DNA of 64,000 nt, from the IMG/VR virus record IMGVR_UViG_3300024272_000071. One strand, written 5' to 3'. The notes under the pieces are model-generated. The model did no database searches. It was given only the letters and a program-made list of their open reading frames with translations, and was not told the DNA's origin. Position numbers and translations under genes: made by a program. Positions 9,693 through 18,514 of this stretch are shown one piece after another; position 1 is the first letter of the stretch; each line of letters begins with the position of its first letter. The stretch is from a virus.

Positions 9693-9745
9693 TTTTTTTC
9701 AAAAAATATTATATAATATATATGTAAGATTGAGAGAGGGAATAA
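9690..9745 (+). promoter_or_regulatory. conserved phage promoter-leader cassette (copy)
   Basis: TGATTTTTTTCAAAAAATATTATATAATATATATGTAAGATTGAGAGAGGG. Confidence 0.6.
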
Positions 9746-9773
9746 AACCTCACTCGGAAAGGAGAAGTCGAAG

Positions 9774-10010
9774 ATGTTCCGAACATTTTGTGAAGCTATG
9801 GAACAAGAGCCAGCACTGACTCTCACCATGCTTGAAGAATTTGGTCATACTACTACTCGCACTGGTAAACTGAATCGTGCGGCAGCTCGTATCCGCCAAG
9901 ACCTTGAAATGTACGGAGATTTCAGTCTTGAAGATGCTCTCGTAGCTTGCGATCTCGATCAGCTTACGGAAGCTGAAATCAAGTATCTGGAAGGACGATT
10001 GAACTCATGA
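9774..10010 (+). CDS. hypothetical protein (78 aa)
   Basis: RBS GGAAAGGAG; stop overlaps the next start (TCATGA). Confidence 0.5.
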   Translation: MFRTFCEAMEQEPALTLTMLEEFGHTTTRTGKLNRAAARIRQDLEMYGDFSLEDALVACDLDQLTEAEIKYLEGRLNS

Positions 10011-11272
10011 ATAACTATAAGCTAAATCTCACTCGCACTGAGTTTTCTCGACTCATGCGAGGCTACTCCAATCAGTCTAACAAAACCGTTGATCGACAGC
10101 TTTGGAAGCGACTGAAGGGTGCGGCAATTGAGCCTAATACCCTCGGCTATGAGGTCACATATGATCGTGAGACCAAGATCGCTTGCATTGCCGTTCATTC
10201 TCGAAGAACCTGTGGGGATCTACGGTTTACAACCAAACTTTATCCAACTCTGAAAGAGTTCATTAACTACATCTTCTTCGAGAATCATATGGGACGACCG
10301 ATTGATGTTTCTGTTCAGGGTACCAGTTCTGCGGCTTATCAAGCTAAAGACTATTCTCTGAAAACTGATTATATGAGTAGTTCTACTCATAATACTCCTC
10401 TAAGTAATATTGCACAGGCTATCTCCAATGTGGGTAGCACCGCAAAGACTGCGGGAGATGCCATCCAGACTTTGACTATCAACGCTAATGATTTCTATGA
10501 GAGCGTTAAGGGATCTAAGATCAGTGATCTGGCTGATCTTACTGTACAGCCTTGGAGCTATGATCTTGATAGTAGTTCTGGAGTCCATAACTGGGGTACC
10601 ATTGCTATCAGTTCTGATGTTGACTCTCTGCGCACTGAGCTTGATGGCATTAAAAAACAAATTGACAAACTGAACGAAGAGAATAAGAAGGAGAAGAAGT
10701 CTATGTTTAATTTTGATTTTGGTAAGGTTACTTCTGATGCTGTCCGCGTTTCCATGTACGGTGTTGCTGTGAAGAATGTGGATGGTCGCTATGTTTCCTA
10801 CGATAAGACCTCTCACTCCGTAATGGATGTTGAGATTCTGAATATGCCGGCCGGCGATTTCTTGTACAAGATGCCTGTGGCTATCAAGGACGTGAAGGCT
10901 GGCGACGTGGTTATCCACAACCGTGTGCCGATGTTCGTGGTTGAGACTCATGAGTCTACCATGAAGGTCATCGACATCCGCGAGGGTACCGAGAAGGAGA
11001 TCTATCTGACTAAGTCTCCTTTCGGCTTCAATTTCGCTACCAAGGTTGTTTCCCTGATGGATATGACTGGCACCAAGGCCGACGAGAGCAATCCTTTCGG
11101 TGCTATGCTGCCTTTCATGCTGATGGGTGACAACAAGGACTTTGACCCCATGATGCTGATGCTGATGAATGGCGGCAAGTTTGATATGAGCAATCCCATG
11201 ATGATGTACTTCCTGATGAAGGACACCAATCATAAGGATCTGCTGCCCCTGCTGATGATGGCGAAGGCTTAA
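10007..11272 (+). CDS. hypothetical protein with methionine-rich C-terminal tail
   Basis: 421 aa; the last ~70 residues contain PMMLMLMNGG..MMMYFLMK..LLMMAKA; central coiled-coil. Confidence 0.55.
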   Translation: MNNYKLNLTRTEFSRLMRGYSNQSNKTVDRQLWKRLKGAAIEPNTLGYEVTYDRETKIACIAVHSRRTCGDLRFTTKLYPTLKEFINYIFFENHMGRPIDVSVQGTSSAAYQAKDYSLKTDYMSSSTHNTPLSNIAQAISNVGSTAKTAGDAIQTLTINANDFYESVKGSKISDLADLTVQPWSYDLDSSSGVHNWGTIAISSDVDSLRTELDGIKKQIDKLNEENKKEKKSMFNFDFGKVTSDAVRVSMYGVAVKNVDGRYVSYDKTSHSVMDVEILNMPAGDFLYKMPVAIKDVKAGDVVIHNRVPMFVVETHESTMKVIDIREGTEKEIYLTKSPFGFNFATKVVSLMDMTGTKADESNPFGAMLPFMLMGDNKDFDPMMLMLMNGGKFDMSNPMMMYFLMKDTNHKDLLPLLMMAKA

Positions 11273-11298
11273 TGCCTTCGCCTAAGGCGGTGTGATTC

Positions 11299-11643
11299 AT
11301 GGAAGATAGGTATATTTTTATTAATGACCTGCGCAAAGCAACTCAAGAAGTTCTCAAGAGAAAAGAAGATGAGCAGAAAAAGTTGCGGCAGGCGCATATA
11401 ATGGATCTATCTCGCAGTATGCGGGAATGTGTAAATGAATATATGGCTACTTCTGCGGCGAAAGGCAGTTACAAAGTAGCTATTAATATGGAAACTGCAC
11501 TAAAGACTCCGTGTGATACAGATGAAGAGCGTCAAATGCGACTTAAAGTTCTTGGTGATACTGCCACTGAACTTCATAGCCGCGGTTTTAAGGTACGCTT
11601 TGATAATCATTTGAATATTACAATTTCGTGGGAGGAAGAATAA
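11299..11643 (+). CDS. hypothetical protein (114 aa)
   Basis: ORF in a tight operon-like run. Confidence 0.5.
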   Translation: MEDRYIFINDLRKATQEVLKRKEDEQKKLRQAHIMDLSRSMRECVNEYMATSAAKGSYKVAINMETALKTPCDTDEERQMRLKVLGDTATELHSRGFKVRFDNHLNITISWEEE

Positions 11644-11644
11644 T

Positions 11645-12001
11645 ATGCTTGGTTCTGTATGTGAAGTTGTAATGCTGCCCACCAATGGTCTTGATGATAT
11701 TATCAAAACTGTAAATGAGAAGTATTCTCTTCAAGAGGGCGACCCTGAGTGGTTTGATCCCGACGAGTTTTGGTATCTGTTCTGGTGCGAACAGGAATTT
11801 GGTACCGATTGCTATATGAAAATTGATGTATCTGAACGAGCCATTGAGGATGAAAAGGACTGGCTCATTGAATATGAGGGTCGAGAAGATACTCAGGAAT
11901 ATGAAATCTATATCACCAAGGCCCGTATCCGAGTTCTTGAATACATTCGAGCGAACATCCCTGTAATGATTGATACGGTAATTATGCCTCTTTCCTATTG
12001 A
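11645..12001 (+). CDS. hypothetical protein (118 aa)
   Basis: ATG 2 nt after the previous stop. Confidence 0.5.
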   Translation: MLGSVCEVVMLPTNGLDDIIKTVNEKYSLQEGDPEWFDPDEFWYLFWCEQEFGTDCYMKIDVSERAIEDEKDWLIEYEGREDTQEYEIYITKARIRVLEYIRANIPVMIDTVIMPLSY

Positions 12002-12004
12002 CAC

Positions 12005-12090
12005 AAAGAGAGCCCACTGGACACAGTGAGGCTCTCTTTGATTTTTTTGAAAAATTTTGATATAATATATATGTAAGGTTGAGAGAGAAA
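12005..12090 (+). promoter_or_regulatory. terminator hairpin fused to a conserved promoter-leader cassette
   Basis: AGAGAGCC..GGCTCTCT hairpin then TTGATTTTTTTGAAAAATTTTGATATAATATATATGTAAGGTTGAGAGAG. Confidence 0.6.
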
Positions 12091-12102
12091 GGAAATGATA
12101 AG

Positions 12103-12411
12103 ATGACTGTTGAACGCATGGCGGTTGTTGATTGTTATGAGTTGGAAGATGCTGTGAAACTTCAGTTCGGACTTGGTGAAGAATTTGATATTCTGCGTGC
12201 CTGCTTCGAAATGGCTGAGAATGGTTCCTATCAGGATTTGTGCATTGACGAGCTGTCTGTGGAAAATGCTCGCAAGACTGTTGAGCGTTATGAAGAGTGG
12301 AACTATCTGCCTCATGAGATTGAATATGCTCGTCAGTTAATGCTGACGCTGACCTATCTTCATGACGTGTTTCCCGACGAAGAAACTATTCTTGTACATG
12401 TAAGTTGGTAA
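12103..12411 (+). CDS. hypothetical protein (~102 aa)
   Basis: First ATG after the leader; the listed TTG start at 12079 is less likely. Confidence 0.45.
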   Translation: MTVERMAVVDCYELEDAVKLQFGLGEEFDILRACFEMAENGSYQDLCIDELSVENARKTVERYEEWNYLPHEIEYARQLMLTLTYLHDVFPDEETILVHVSW

Positions 12412-12424
12412 GGAGGTAGATATT

Positions 12425-12838
12425 ATGATTCATCCCAATGAAGCTGTGCGAATGATGATGTCTGCGCATGATGCAGACCTGAAACTGGCTCGTGAAAAGT
12501 ATGTTCCTTACTGGATGGACCAGCTGAACAAGCGTATTATCAGCGCTGCCGAACATGGCTATGGCAATGTAACTCTTGAGCTTCGCTGGGCTGAACGACT
12601 TGGTGCTGCCCATGCTCCCAGCCGTCGTGTTCAGAAATATACTGAAAGAATTCTGGATGAAGAGCTGACTCGAGATACTGGTTACTATGTCGTTAAAAAA
12701 TCCGAAAATGATGACCATTATGCTCGTTATGAGGTATGGTGGTATTCTGAGGAATATGATGCCTATAAAGCAGAAAGAGAGGCAACTATTAATGGCATCG
12801 AAGAAGAAGAAGATTACCCTCTCCCGCCTCTTAGCTGA
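12425..12838 (+). CDS. hypothetical protein (137 aa)
   Basis: RBS AAGGAGG. Confidence 0.5.
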   Translation: MIHPNEAVRMMMSAHDADLKLAREKYVPYWMDQLNKRIISAAEHGYGNVTLELRWAERLGAAHAPSRRVQKYTERILDEELTRDTGYYVVKKSENDDHYARYEVWWYSEEYDAYKAEREATINGIEEEEDYPLPPLS

Positions 12839-12981
12839 AGACGGCTGGGAGCTAGCTTACTCCTCTAATAAATATCAGTATTACCTGTATCACCCTGCTC
12901 CGGGTATTTGGGGCGAAATCCGCAAGATCAAGAGAAGCATCGTTATTAACTACCTTGATAATAAGAAAGGATAGTGATATT

Positions 12982-13794
12982 ATGGCAGTCGCAAAATCTT
13001 ATGAGCGTTATCCTATTGTTTCTGACGTGTTCCTCAAGGAAGGTCGTAAGTATGTGAAGGTTCGTGAAACTTGCGGCCGTTGCGGCGGTTCTGGTATCTG
13101 GGCTTGGGGTCCGTATGGCGGTACTTGCTTTGCTTGTCAGGGTGCTGGCTATCGTACTCTGGAAGTTCGCTGGTATACTGACAAGGAACGTGCGGCTCAG
13201 GATCGTCAGGCTGAAAAACGTGCTGAGGCTCGTGTCCAGCGTCAGCTTGAGCACGATGCAAAAGTACAGGGTGCAGAATACAACGGTTTCACTGATGGTT
13301 TTGTAATTGCAGTCCTTGGCAATACCTATGAAATTAAGGACGAACTGAAGGAAGCCGGTGCAACTTACACCCATGGCCTTGGTTGGCATTTTGATAACAT
13401 CGCAAAAGTGCCGGCTAAATATGTGGATCGCACCCGCATGATTATGTGGGAAGACGCGTCTATTGATGGTAAGATCAAGAGTGCCGAAGAATTGGAGCAA
13501 CTGGTTGCGGTTGCCAGCCCGATCGATGGTTCTATCCATATGTATACTGTTGGTGAGCGTGTACGCGACCTGATTCTTAAGGTCTACAAGGTCTGGGAGG
13601 GTCCGGGTTATACCATGCATACTCTTGTTGATGACGACAACAATGTGTTCATGTGGACCACTTCTTCTCGCACTCTGCCGCTGGATGCTCAGGTAACTAT
13701 GGATGTTACCATTAAGGAGCACACTGAATACAAGGGTGTTAAGCAGACTGTTCTGACTCGTCCGCGCATTAAGGAGGTTGTTGGAGTAGCATGA
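12982..13794 (+). CDS. hypothetical protein with N-terminal zinc ribbon
   Basis: CGRCGGSG...CFACQGAGY; RBS AAAGGA before ATG 12982. Confidence 0.5.
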   Translation: MAVAKSYERYPIVSDVFLKEGRKYVKVRETCGRCGGSGIWAWGPYGGTCFACQGAGYRTLEVRWYTDKERAAQDRQAEKRAEARVQRQLEHDAKVQGAEYNGFTDGFVIAVLGNTYEIKDELKEAGATYTHGLGWHFDNIAKVPAKYVDRTRMIMWEDASIDGKIKSAEELEQLVAVASPIDGSIHMYTVGERVRDLILKVYKVWEGPGYTMHTLVDDDNNVFMWTTSSRTLPLDAQVTMDVTIKEHTEYKGVKQTVLTRPRIKEVVGVA

Positions 13795-13976
13795 AGCATT
13801 ATGTAAAGATTTTCTATGGCAATTTTATGGATACTCTGGAAAAAGAGGTCAATGACTACATCAGTCAGGTGGCATTTCAGGGTTCTACTGCCAAAATTGA
13901 AAATATTCAGAGCGTAGCACAAGATTCCAGTGTCGTTATTGTGATCCACTATGTTTCTCCTTATGAGGTGCGATAA
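13791..13976 (+). CDS. hypothetical small protein
   Basis: ATGA start/stop overlap with the neighbouring genes. Confidence 0.4.
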   Translation: MKHYVKIFYGNFMDTLEKEVNDYISQVAFQGSTAKIENIQSVAQDSSVVIVIHYVSPYEVR

Positions 13977-14308
13977 TGTTTTGGAATAAAAAGAAAAAGG
14001 CTGAATCCAATCAGCCTGTCGTTTTGCCCACCAAAGATGAGGCACATATGCTCGCCTGTGAGGAGTTCAACACGATCCTCAATGGGTGTATTCAGGCTAT
14101 GGCGAAAGAAATCCGTAGTCAGATTCGCAAAGGATTCTTCTCTGTCAAGTGGGATTGTATGATGTACTGCGGGCATGAGCAAGAGATGCATATACAGAAT
14201 GTGCGGCGAAATGAAAACATTCGCCTTGCTTTGTGCAAACATTTAGAGAACAGTGGCTACATTGTTCTGTGGGATGAAGGGAAACAGTTGCTTAAAGTTA
14301 AGTGGTAA
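13976..14308 (+). CDS. hypothetical protein (110 aa)
   Basis: ORF; Cys/His-containing. Confidence 0.45.
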   Translation: MFWNKKKKAESNQPVVLPTKDEAHMLACEEFNTILNGCIQAMAKEIRSQIRKGFFSVKWDCMMYCGHEQEMHIQNVRRNENIRLALCKHLENSGYIVLWDEGKQLLKVKW

Positions 14309-14317
14309 CAACGAACC

Positions 14318-14372
14318 TTCATTTGAAAATTCTAAAAATTTTTGATATAATATATATAGAAAGTGAGGGGAT
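14318..14372 (+). promoter_or_regulatory. conserved promoter-leader cassette (copy)
   Basis: CATTTGAAAATTCTAAAAATTTTTGATATAATATATATAGAAAGTGAGGGG. Confidence 0.6.
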
Positions 14373-14377
14373 GACTT

Positions 14378-16069
14378 GTGAACGCAGTAATGAAGATGTT
14401 TGAAGGTCAGGAAAAGTCTCTCGCCCAGTTTGACACTTATCGTCGTGATTACGCGGACGCTGAGTGTTGCACTCAGGCTAAGCCTGTTGAAGAATTGCTG
14501 ATGCCGTGGGCAATTAACAAGGCTGGTCTGTATCAGATGTTCGACGAGAAGCTGATTCTGACCAAGGAAGTTTCCTATAACCGTGACCATGAGGAACTTG
14601 CCCAGCAGATGGACGTTATGCTGAGCCAGCATCGTTCCTTTGTGCAGACTTTTTTCGCTCGTCTGGCGGAAGAGCTGGGTATCCGTCCTGATTCTTGGCG
14701 CACCAATGCATATATGGATGACTCTCCCAATGAGTTTTTCTACTACAGCATGCGCTATCTGATGAACGATCATAGTCTGGTCGAAGCTCGTGTGGACTCT
14801 CCCATGAAAGCTACTATTTGCGGTCAGCAGATGAATTTTGCCGTGGGTCAGAAGGCTATGCGTGCAATCGGCAAGGTGGCTCGTGCTCTTGGTCTGAACG
14901 AAGAGTTTGAAGCCTTCCGTGTGGCACACTCTATGGTGCTGAATCAGGCTAAGCTGAAGGGCAAGCTGTGTCTGTCTATCCATCCCCTCGACTATGCTAC
15001 TGCTTCCGACAACGAAAGCGGTTGGTCCAGCTGCATGTCTTGGCGTGAGGGTGGCGCATATCGTTTCGGCACTGTCGAAATGATGACTTCTTCCTATGTC
15101 ATTTGTGCCTATCTGGCTTCCGATTCCGTAGAAATGGAAATCGGTGAAGGTAAGTGGCCGTCCAAGAAGTGGCGTGCTTGGGTTATCGTTACCCCTGACT
15201 TCATTGTTGTAAACCGCAACTATCCCTATGACAATGAAGATCTGATGCGCGCTTGCGTAGATTGGGTCAAGGAAATGGCTGGCGAGTATTACCATGTCAA
15301 GTATGGTGAGACTCATAACAACTGGAATCAGAATGAGTTCTTTGAGATTGATATGAACTATATGTATAACGACCTTGGTGATGGTCACGTAGGTTGTTAT
15401 GCAGAAGGTGCCGATACTGGCTACTGTGATCATATCAACATCTCTGGTCCCGCTATCTGTATGTGGTGCGGCGAAACCGTTGACTACAACAGCGATGATG
15501 ATGCCGCATGCACCTTGACTTGTCAAGAGTGCAGCGGCCGGGTTCGGTGTGCCTGCTGTGGTGCGTCCATTAGTCACGGCTACGAGATGTGGGGTCCGGA
15601 TGATGAGCCGTACTGCGAGTGCTGCTATCAGGATCGGTTCAGCACTTGTGATTGCTGTAATGATGTGGTGGATAGTGACACAATTTATACTGTAAGCGTA
15701 CCCGTGGATCACGAATGGGCTAAGCAGTGGATTGCCGCCTGGGATCATGATCATCCTAATGGCTCGCGCTTCTATCACTACATTCCTGAGGAGATTACCG
15801 CTCGAGTATGCCCCATCTGCCTCAAGGATGCTGGCATTGATCCTGATAAGGATCTTGAATGGGATCCCATTCTTCCTTTCCACAAGCATAATCATTGGGG
15901 TGGCTATAGCCGCTACTGGAATGGTTCTGTCATTCATCCACGTTTCAAGTGGAATGATGTATGTGGACTGTTTGGCTGTGAATATGACGATGAGTTCTAT
16001 GCCGCGATTTGGCATCGCTATGCCGAGTCCGTGCGTAGCCATCGCTGGAACGAAGCCTTGTTCATTTGA
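14378..16069 (+). CDS. large hypothetical protein with C-terminal multi-Cys zinc-ribbon cluster (paralog A)
   Basis: Shares the LCLSIHPLDY..SDNESGWSSC block with the 18498-19913 ORF; C-terminus has more than 20 Cys in CxxC pairs. Confidence 0.6.
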   Translation: MNAVMKMFEGQEKSLAQFDTYRRDYADAECCTQAKPVEELLMPWAINKAGLYQMFDEKLILTKEVSYNRDHEELAQQMDVMLSQHRSFVQTFFARLAEELGIRPDSWRTNAYMDDSPNEFFYYSMRYLMNDHSLVEARVDSPMKATICGQQMNFAVGQKAMRAIGKVARALGLNEEFEAFRVAHSMVLNQAKLKGKLCLSIHPLDYATASDNESGWSSCMSWREGGAYRFGTVEMMTSSYVICAYLASDSVEMEIGEGKWPSKKWRAWVIVTPDFIVVNRNYPYDNEDLMRACVDWVKEMAGEYYHVKYGETHNNWNQNEFFEIDMNYMYNDLGDGHVGCYAEGADTGYCDHINISGPAICMWCGETVDYNSDDDAACTLTCQECSGRVRCACCGASISHGYEMWGPDDEPYCECCYQDRFSTCDCCNDVVDSDTIYTVSVPVDHEWAKQWIAAWDHDHPNGSRFYHYIPEEITARVCPICLKDAGIDPDKDLEWDPILPFHKHNHWGGYSRYWNGSVIHPRFKWNDVCGLFGCEYDDEFYAAIWHRYAESVRSHRWNEALFI

Positions 16070-16120
16070 AAAATCTAAAAAAATTTGATATAATATATAT
16101 GTAAGGTTGAGAGAGAAAGA
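16060..16120 (+). promoter_or_regulatory. conserved promoter-leader cassette (copy)
   Basis: TTCATTTGAAAAATCTAAAAAAATTTGATATAATATATATGTAAGGTTGAGAGAG. Confidence 0.6.
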
Positions 16121-16177
16121 AATCTCTCAGAAGATTTTGGCTAAGAGCCACGACAAAAAGAAAGTGAGGAAACCAAT

Positions 16178-16654
16178 ATGCCTAAGACCAAGATTGTTGA
16201 GATTACTGAGAAGTTCACCAAGAAGGATAATTTCGCCGCTCTGCGTGAGTGCGTTCTGGAGCACGCCGACTGGTTCAATGAGGGCGAGGCCGATCGTCTG
16301 GTTGAGTTCATCGACCATGAGGTTGAGCTGCTGACTCGCCGTGCCGCTGGTGCCAAGAAGTATGCTGAGAAGCATGCTAAGAAGGCCGAGGATGCTATGG
16401 CTGTCAATCTGATGGAAGTGCTGACTGCCAATGGCGGTCTGATGACCATTCCTCAGATCTGCGCTGAGATGAACCCCGAGCTGATGGCTACTCCTCAGAA
16501 GGTGACCTACCGCCTGACTTCTCTGGTGAAGGCTCATACCATCGTGAAGGAGCTCGTCTCCGTGAAGGAAGAGGGTAAGCCCACTCGTAAGGTCAACGCC
16601 TACCGCGTGGCTACCGAGAATGACACCTTCGAGGATGAGGTTGTCGAGGAGTAA
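16178..16654 (+). CDS. hypothetical acidic protein (158 aa)
   Basis: RBS GTGAGGAAA before the ATG; bidirectional hairpin after the stop. Confidence 0.55.
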   Translation: MPKTKIVEITEKFTKKDNFAALRECVLEHADWFNEGEADRLVEFIDHEVELLTRRAAGAKKYAEKHAKKAEDAMAVNLMEVLTANGGLMTIPQICAEMNPELMATPQKVTYRLTSLVKAHTIVKELVSVKEEGKPTRKVNAYRVATENDTFEDEVVEE

Positions 16655-16662
16655 TATAAAAG

Positions 16663-16695
16663 GGAATACCCCGGAAGTCATTTCCGGGGTATTCC
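16663..16695. terminator. bidirectional terminator hairpin between convergent genes
   Basis: GGAATACCCCGGAAGTCATTTCCGGGGTATTCC. Confidence 0.55.
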
Positions 16696-17271
16696 TAATA
16701 CTGGCAATAGTCCACCAATCGTATTACCAGCAGTGATAATCAAGAGTGCAGGCAACCATACCAAAATTGACTCTCCTGATGACCAAAAGTAGAAAGCGTC
16801 TGCAATACAATGATTGAATCCAGATAAAATAAATGCTGCCACACACCCTGAGGTAATCCATAAAGGTGTGTCTTTTCGTGTTGCCATTGTCATAAGGGCA
16901 CCACAGAATATGGATCGCACCCATAGCTCCATATATGGCATATTTAATTTTTCTCTTCCAACCAAACTTGCATCGCTCAGTAGGTCAATCGTACCTCCCA
17001 ACAGGGGTATGCATACAAGAACAAGAGCAACTCCAACTAAGTTGCCCGCCCAAATCCAAGGCATCTGCCACCATTTACGATCGCCTTCGACTAACTGATG
17101 TACTTGTCCTGTGTACAGATAAGATTGTGTTAAACGAACACTCAATAGTCCAAGAGAGAAAAGAATCGCTCCGACTACTGGGTTCGGCGCGAGTAGGTAT
17201 AATATGCATCCGAGTGCGATGAATGCTCCAGCACGAATTGATTGTACGTGCCAATTAGTAGGCATATTCAT
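16678..17271 (-). CDS. integral membrane protein (~6 TM, 197 aa); possibly an ECF-type substrate-capture component
   Basis: Six hydrophobic helices; minus strand; size and topology resemble ECF S-components, but no signature was recognised. Confidence 0.45.
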   Translation of the reverse strand: MNMPTNWHVQSIRAGAFIALGCILYLLAPNPVVGAILFSLGLLSVRLTQSYLYTGQVHQLVEGDRKWWQMPWIWAGNLVGVALVLVCIPLLGGTIDLLSDASLVGREKLNMPYMELWVRSIFCGALMTMATRKDTPLWITSGCVAAFILSGFNHCIADAFYFWSSGESILVWLPALLIITAGNTIGGLLPVLGIPRK

Positions 17272-17346
17272 AAGCTATTCAGATCCTTTCTTGCCATACT
17301 CTATAAATATTTTACCAGAAAATTTTCTTTTTGTCAAGCTGTATTA

Positions 17347-17425
17347 AGAGAGTGTTCTGGTTCCCAGAACACTCTCTATTGATTTTTATAAAAAAATATG
17401 ATATAATATCTATATACTGAAAGAA
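17347..17425 (+). promoter_or_regulatory. terminator hairpin fused to a promoter cassette
   Basis: AGAGAGTGTTCTGG..CCAGAACACTCTCT then TTGATTTTTATAAAAAAATATGATATAATATCTATATACTG. Confidence 0.55.
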
Positions 17426-17437
17426 GGAGATGAAATC

Positions 17438-18514
17438 ATGGGTAGACTATTTACAGACAAAGAACGTCGTACCTTTGAACAGCTCTGCGCACTGCGACAG
17501 AATGGTGTTCTTCAAATGATGCGACAATTTCTCAAGTCTAAATATGAAAATGTCATCGCTACTCCTTCTTATATTGTCGCAATAGGAGATATACCCGTGG
17601 CTCTTGTAGCTCATGCAGACACTGTATTCAAGAGTCCACCCAAAGAATTCTATTATGACAAAGATAAGAATATCATGTGGAGTCCTGATGGTTTGGGTGC
17701 GGACGATCGTGCTGGTGTATTTGCAATCATGAAGATTGTTGCACTTGGTCAGCGTCCTCACGTAATCATCACCACCGATGAAGAGAGTGGCTGTATCGGA
17801 GCGAATAAGCTTGCGGGAAAGATGAAAACTTTCCCTGCACCTTTGAAGTTTATGATTCAGCTGGATCGGCGAAACGACAAAGACGCAGTTTATTATGATT
17901 GCGACAATGAAGAATTTGAGAAGTTCATTACGCCTTTTGGCTTTGAAACTGAGTGGGGTTCTTTCACAGATATTTCTATCTTGGCTCCCGCTTGGAAAGT
18001 TGCTGCGGTAAACTTTTCTGTTGGTTATCGTGATGAACATTCTCAAGTCGAACGATTGAATGTTAATGCACTATTTGATACGATTGATAAAGTGCAGACT
18101 ATTCTTCATAAGGTAGATACTGATAAGTCTATTCCTACATATGAATATGTTGAGAAGTATGCATATGGTTATGGATATGGCTACGGTGGATGGTATGACG
18201 ATGGTTATTATCTTCACCGCAATGGATGGTATCAAAAGCTGGAAGATGGTGAAGAGCGTTGCCAGTTCTGCGGCGAAGTGGACAAGAAAGAAAATCTTCT
18301 TCCGCTACACTGGCATGCAGCCACTTCTACCGATATGATTTTCCATGTATGTAATGAATGTTATGCTCACTCAGTTCGTGAAATTGAGTGGTGTAGTAAA
18401 TGCAACAAGGGCTACTTCTTGACAAAGAACGACCTTGATAAAATGCCCGCAGATCGCAATAAATGGGTATGTAAACATTGTCAGGAGGATAAGCCTAATG
18501 ATACAGTGGGATAA
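17438..18514 (+). CDS. M42/M28-type metallopeptidase-like protein with YG repeat and C-terminal zinc ribbons
   Basis: Metal-ligand motifs AHADTV, GADDRAGV and TTDEESG; YAYGYGYGYGGWYDDGYY; CQFCGE..CNECYAH..CSKCNKG..CKHCQ. Confidence 0.5.
   Translation: MGRLFTDKERRTFEQLCALRQNGVLQMMRQFLKSKYENVIATPSYIVAIGDIPVALVAHADTVFKSPPKEFYYDKDKNIMWSPDGLGADDRAGVFAIMKIVALGQRPHVIITTDEESGCIGANKLAGKMKTFPAPLKFMIQLDRRNDKDAVYYDCDNEEFEKFITPFGFETEWGSFTDISILAPAWKVAAVNFSVGYRDEHSQVERLNVNALFDTIDKVQTILHKVDTDKSIPTYEYVEKYAYGYGYGYGGWYDDGYYLHRNGWYQKLEDGEERCQFCGEVDKKENLLPLHWHAATSTDMIFHVCNECYAHSVREIEWCSKCNKGYFLTKNDLDKMPADRNKWVCKHCQEDKPNDTVG

Noticed and set aside
10400-11233. 277 aa minus-strand ORF
   Set aside because: Lies antisense within the 421 aa plus-strand gene; H/Q/V-rich low-complexity translation.
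14243-16042. 599 aa minus-strand ORF
   Set aside because: Antisense to paralog A (14378-16069), which has a promoter, a ribosome site and a paralog supporting the plus strand.
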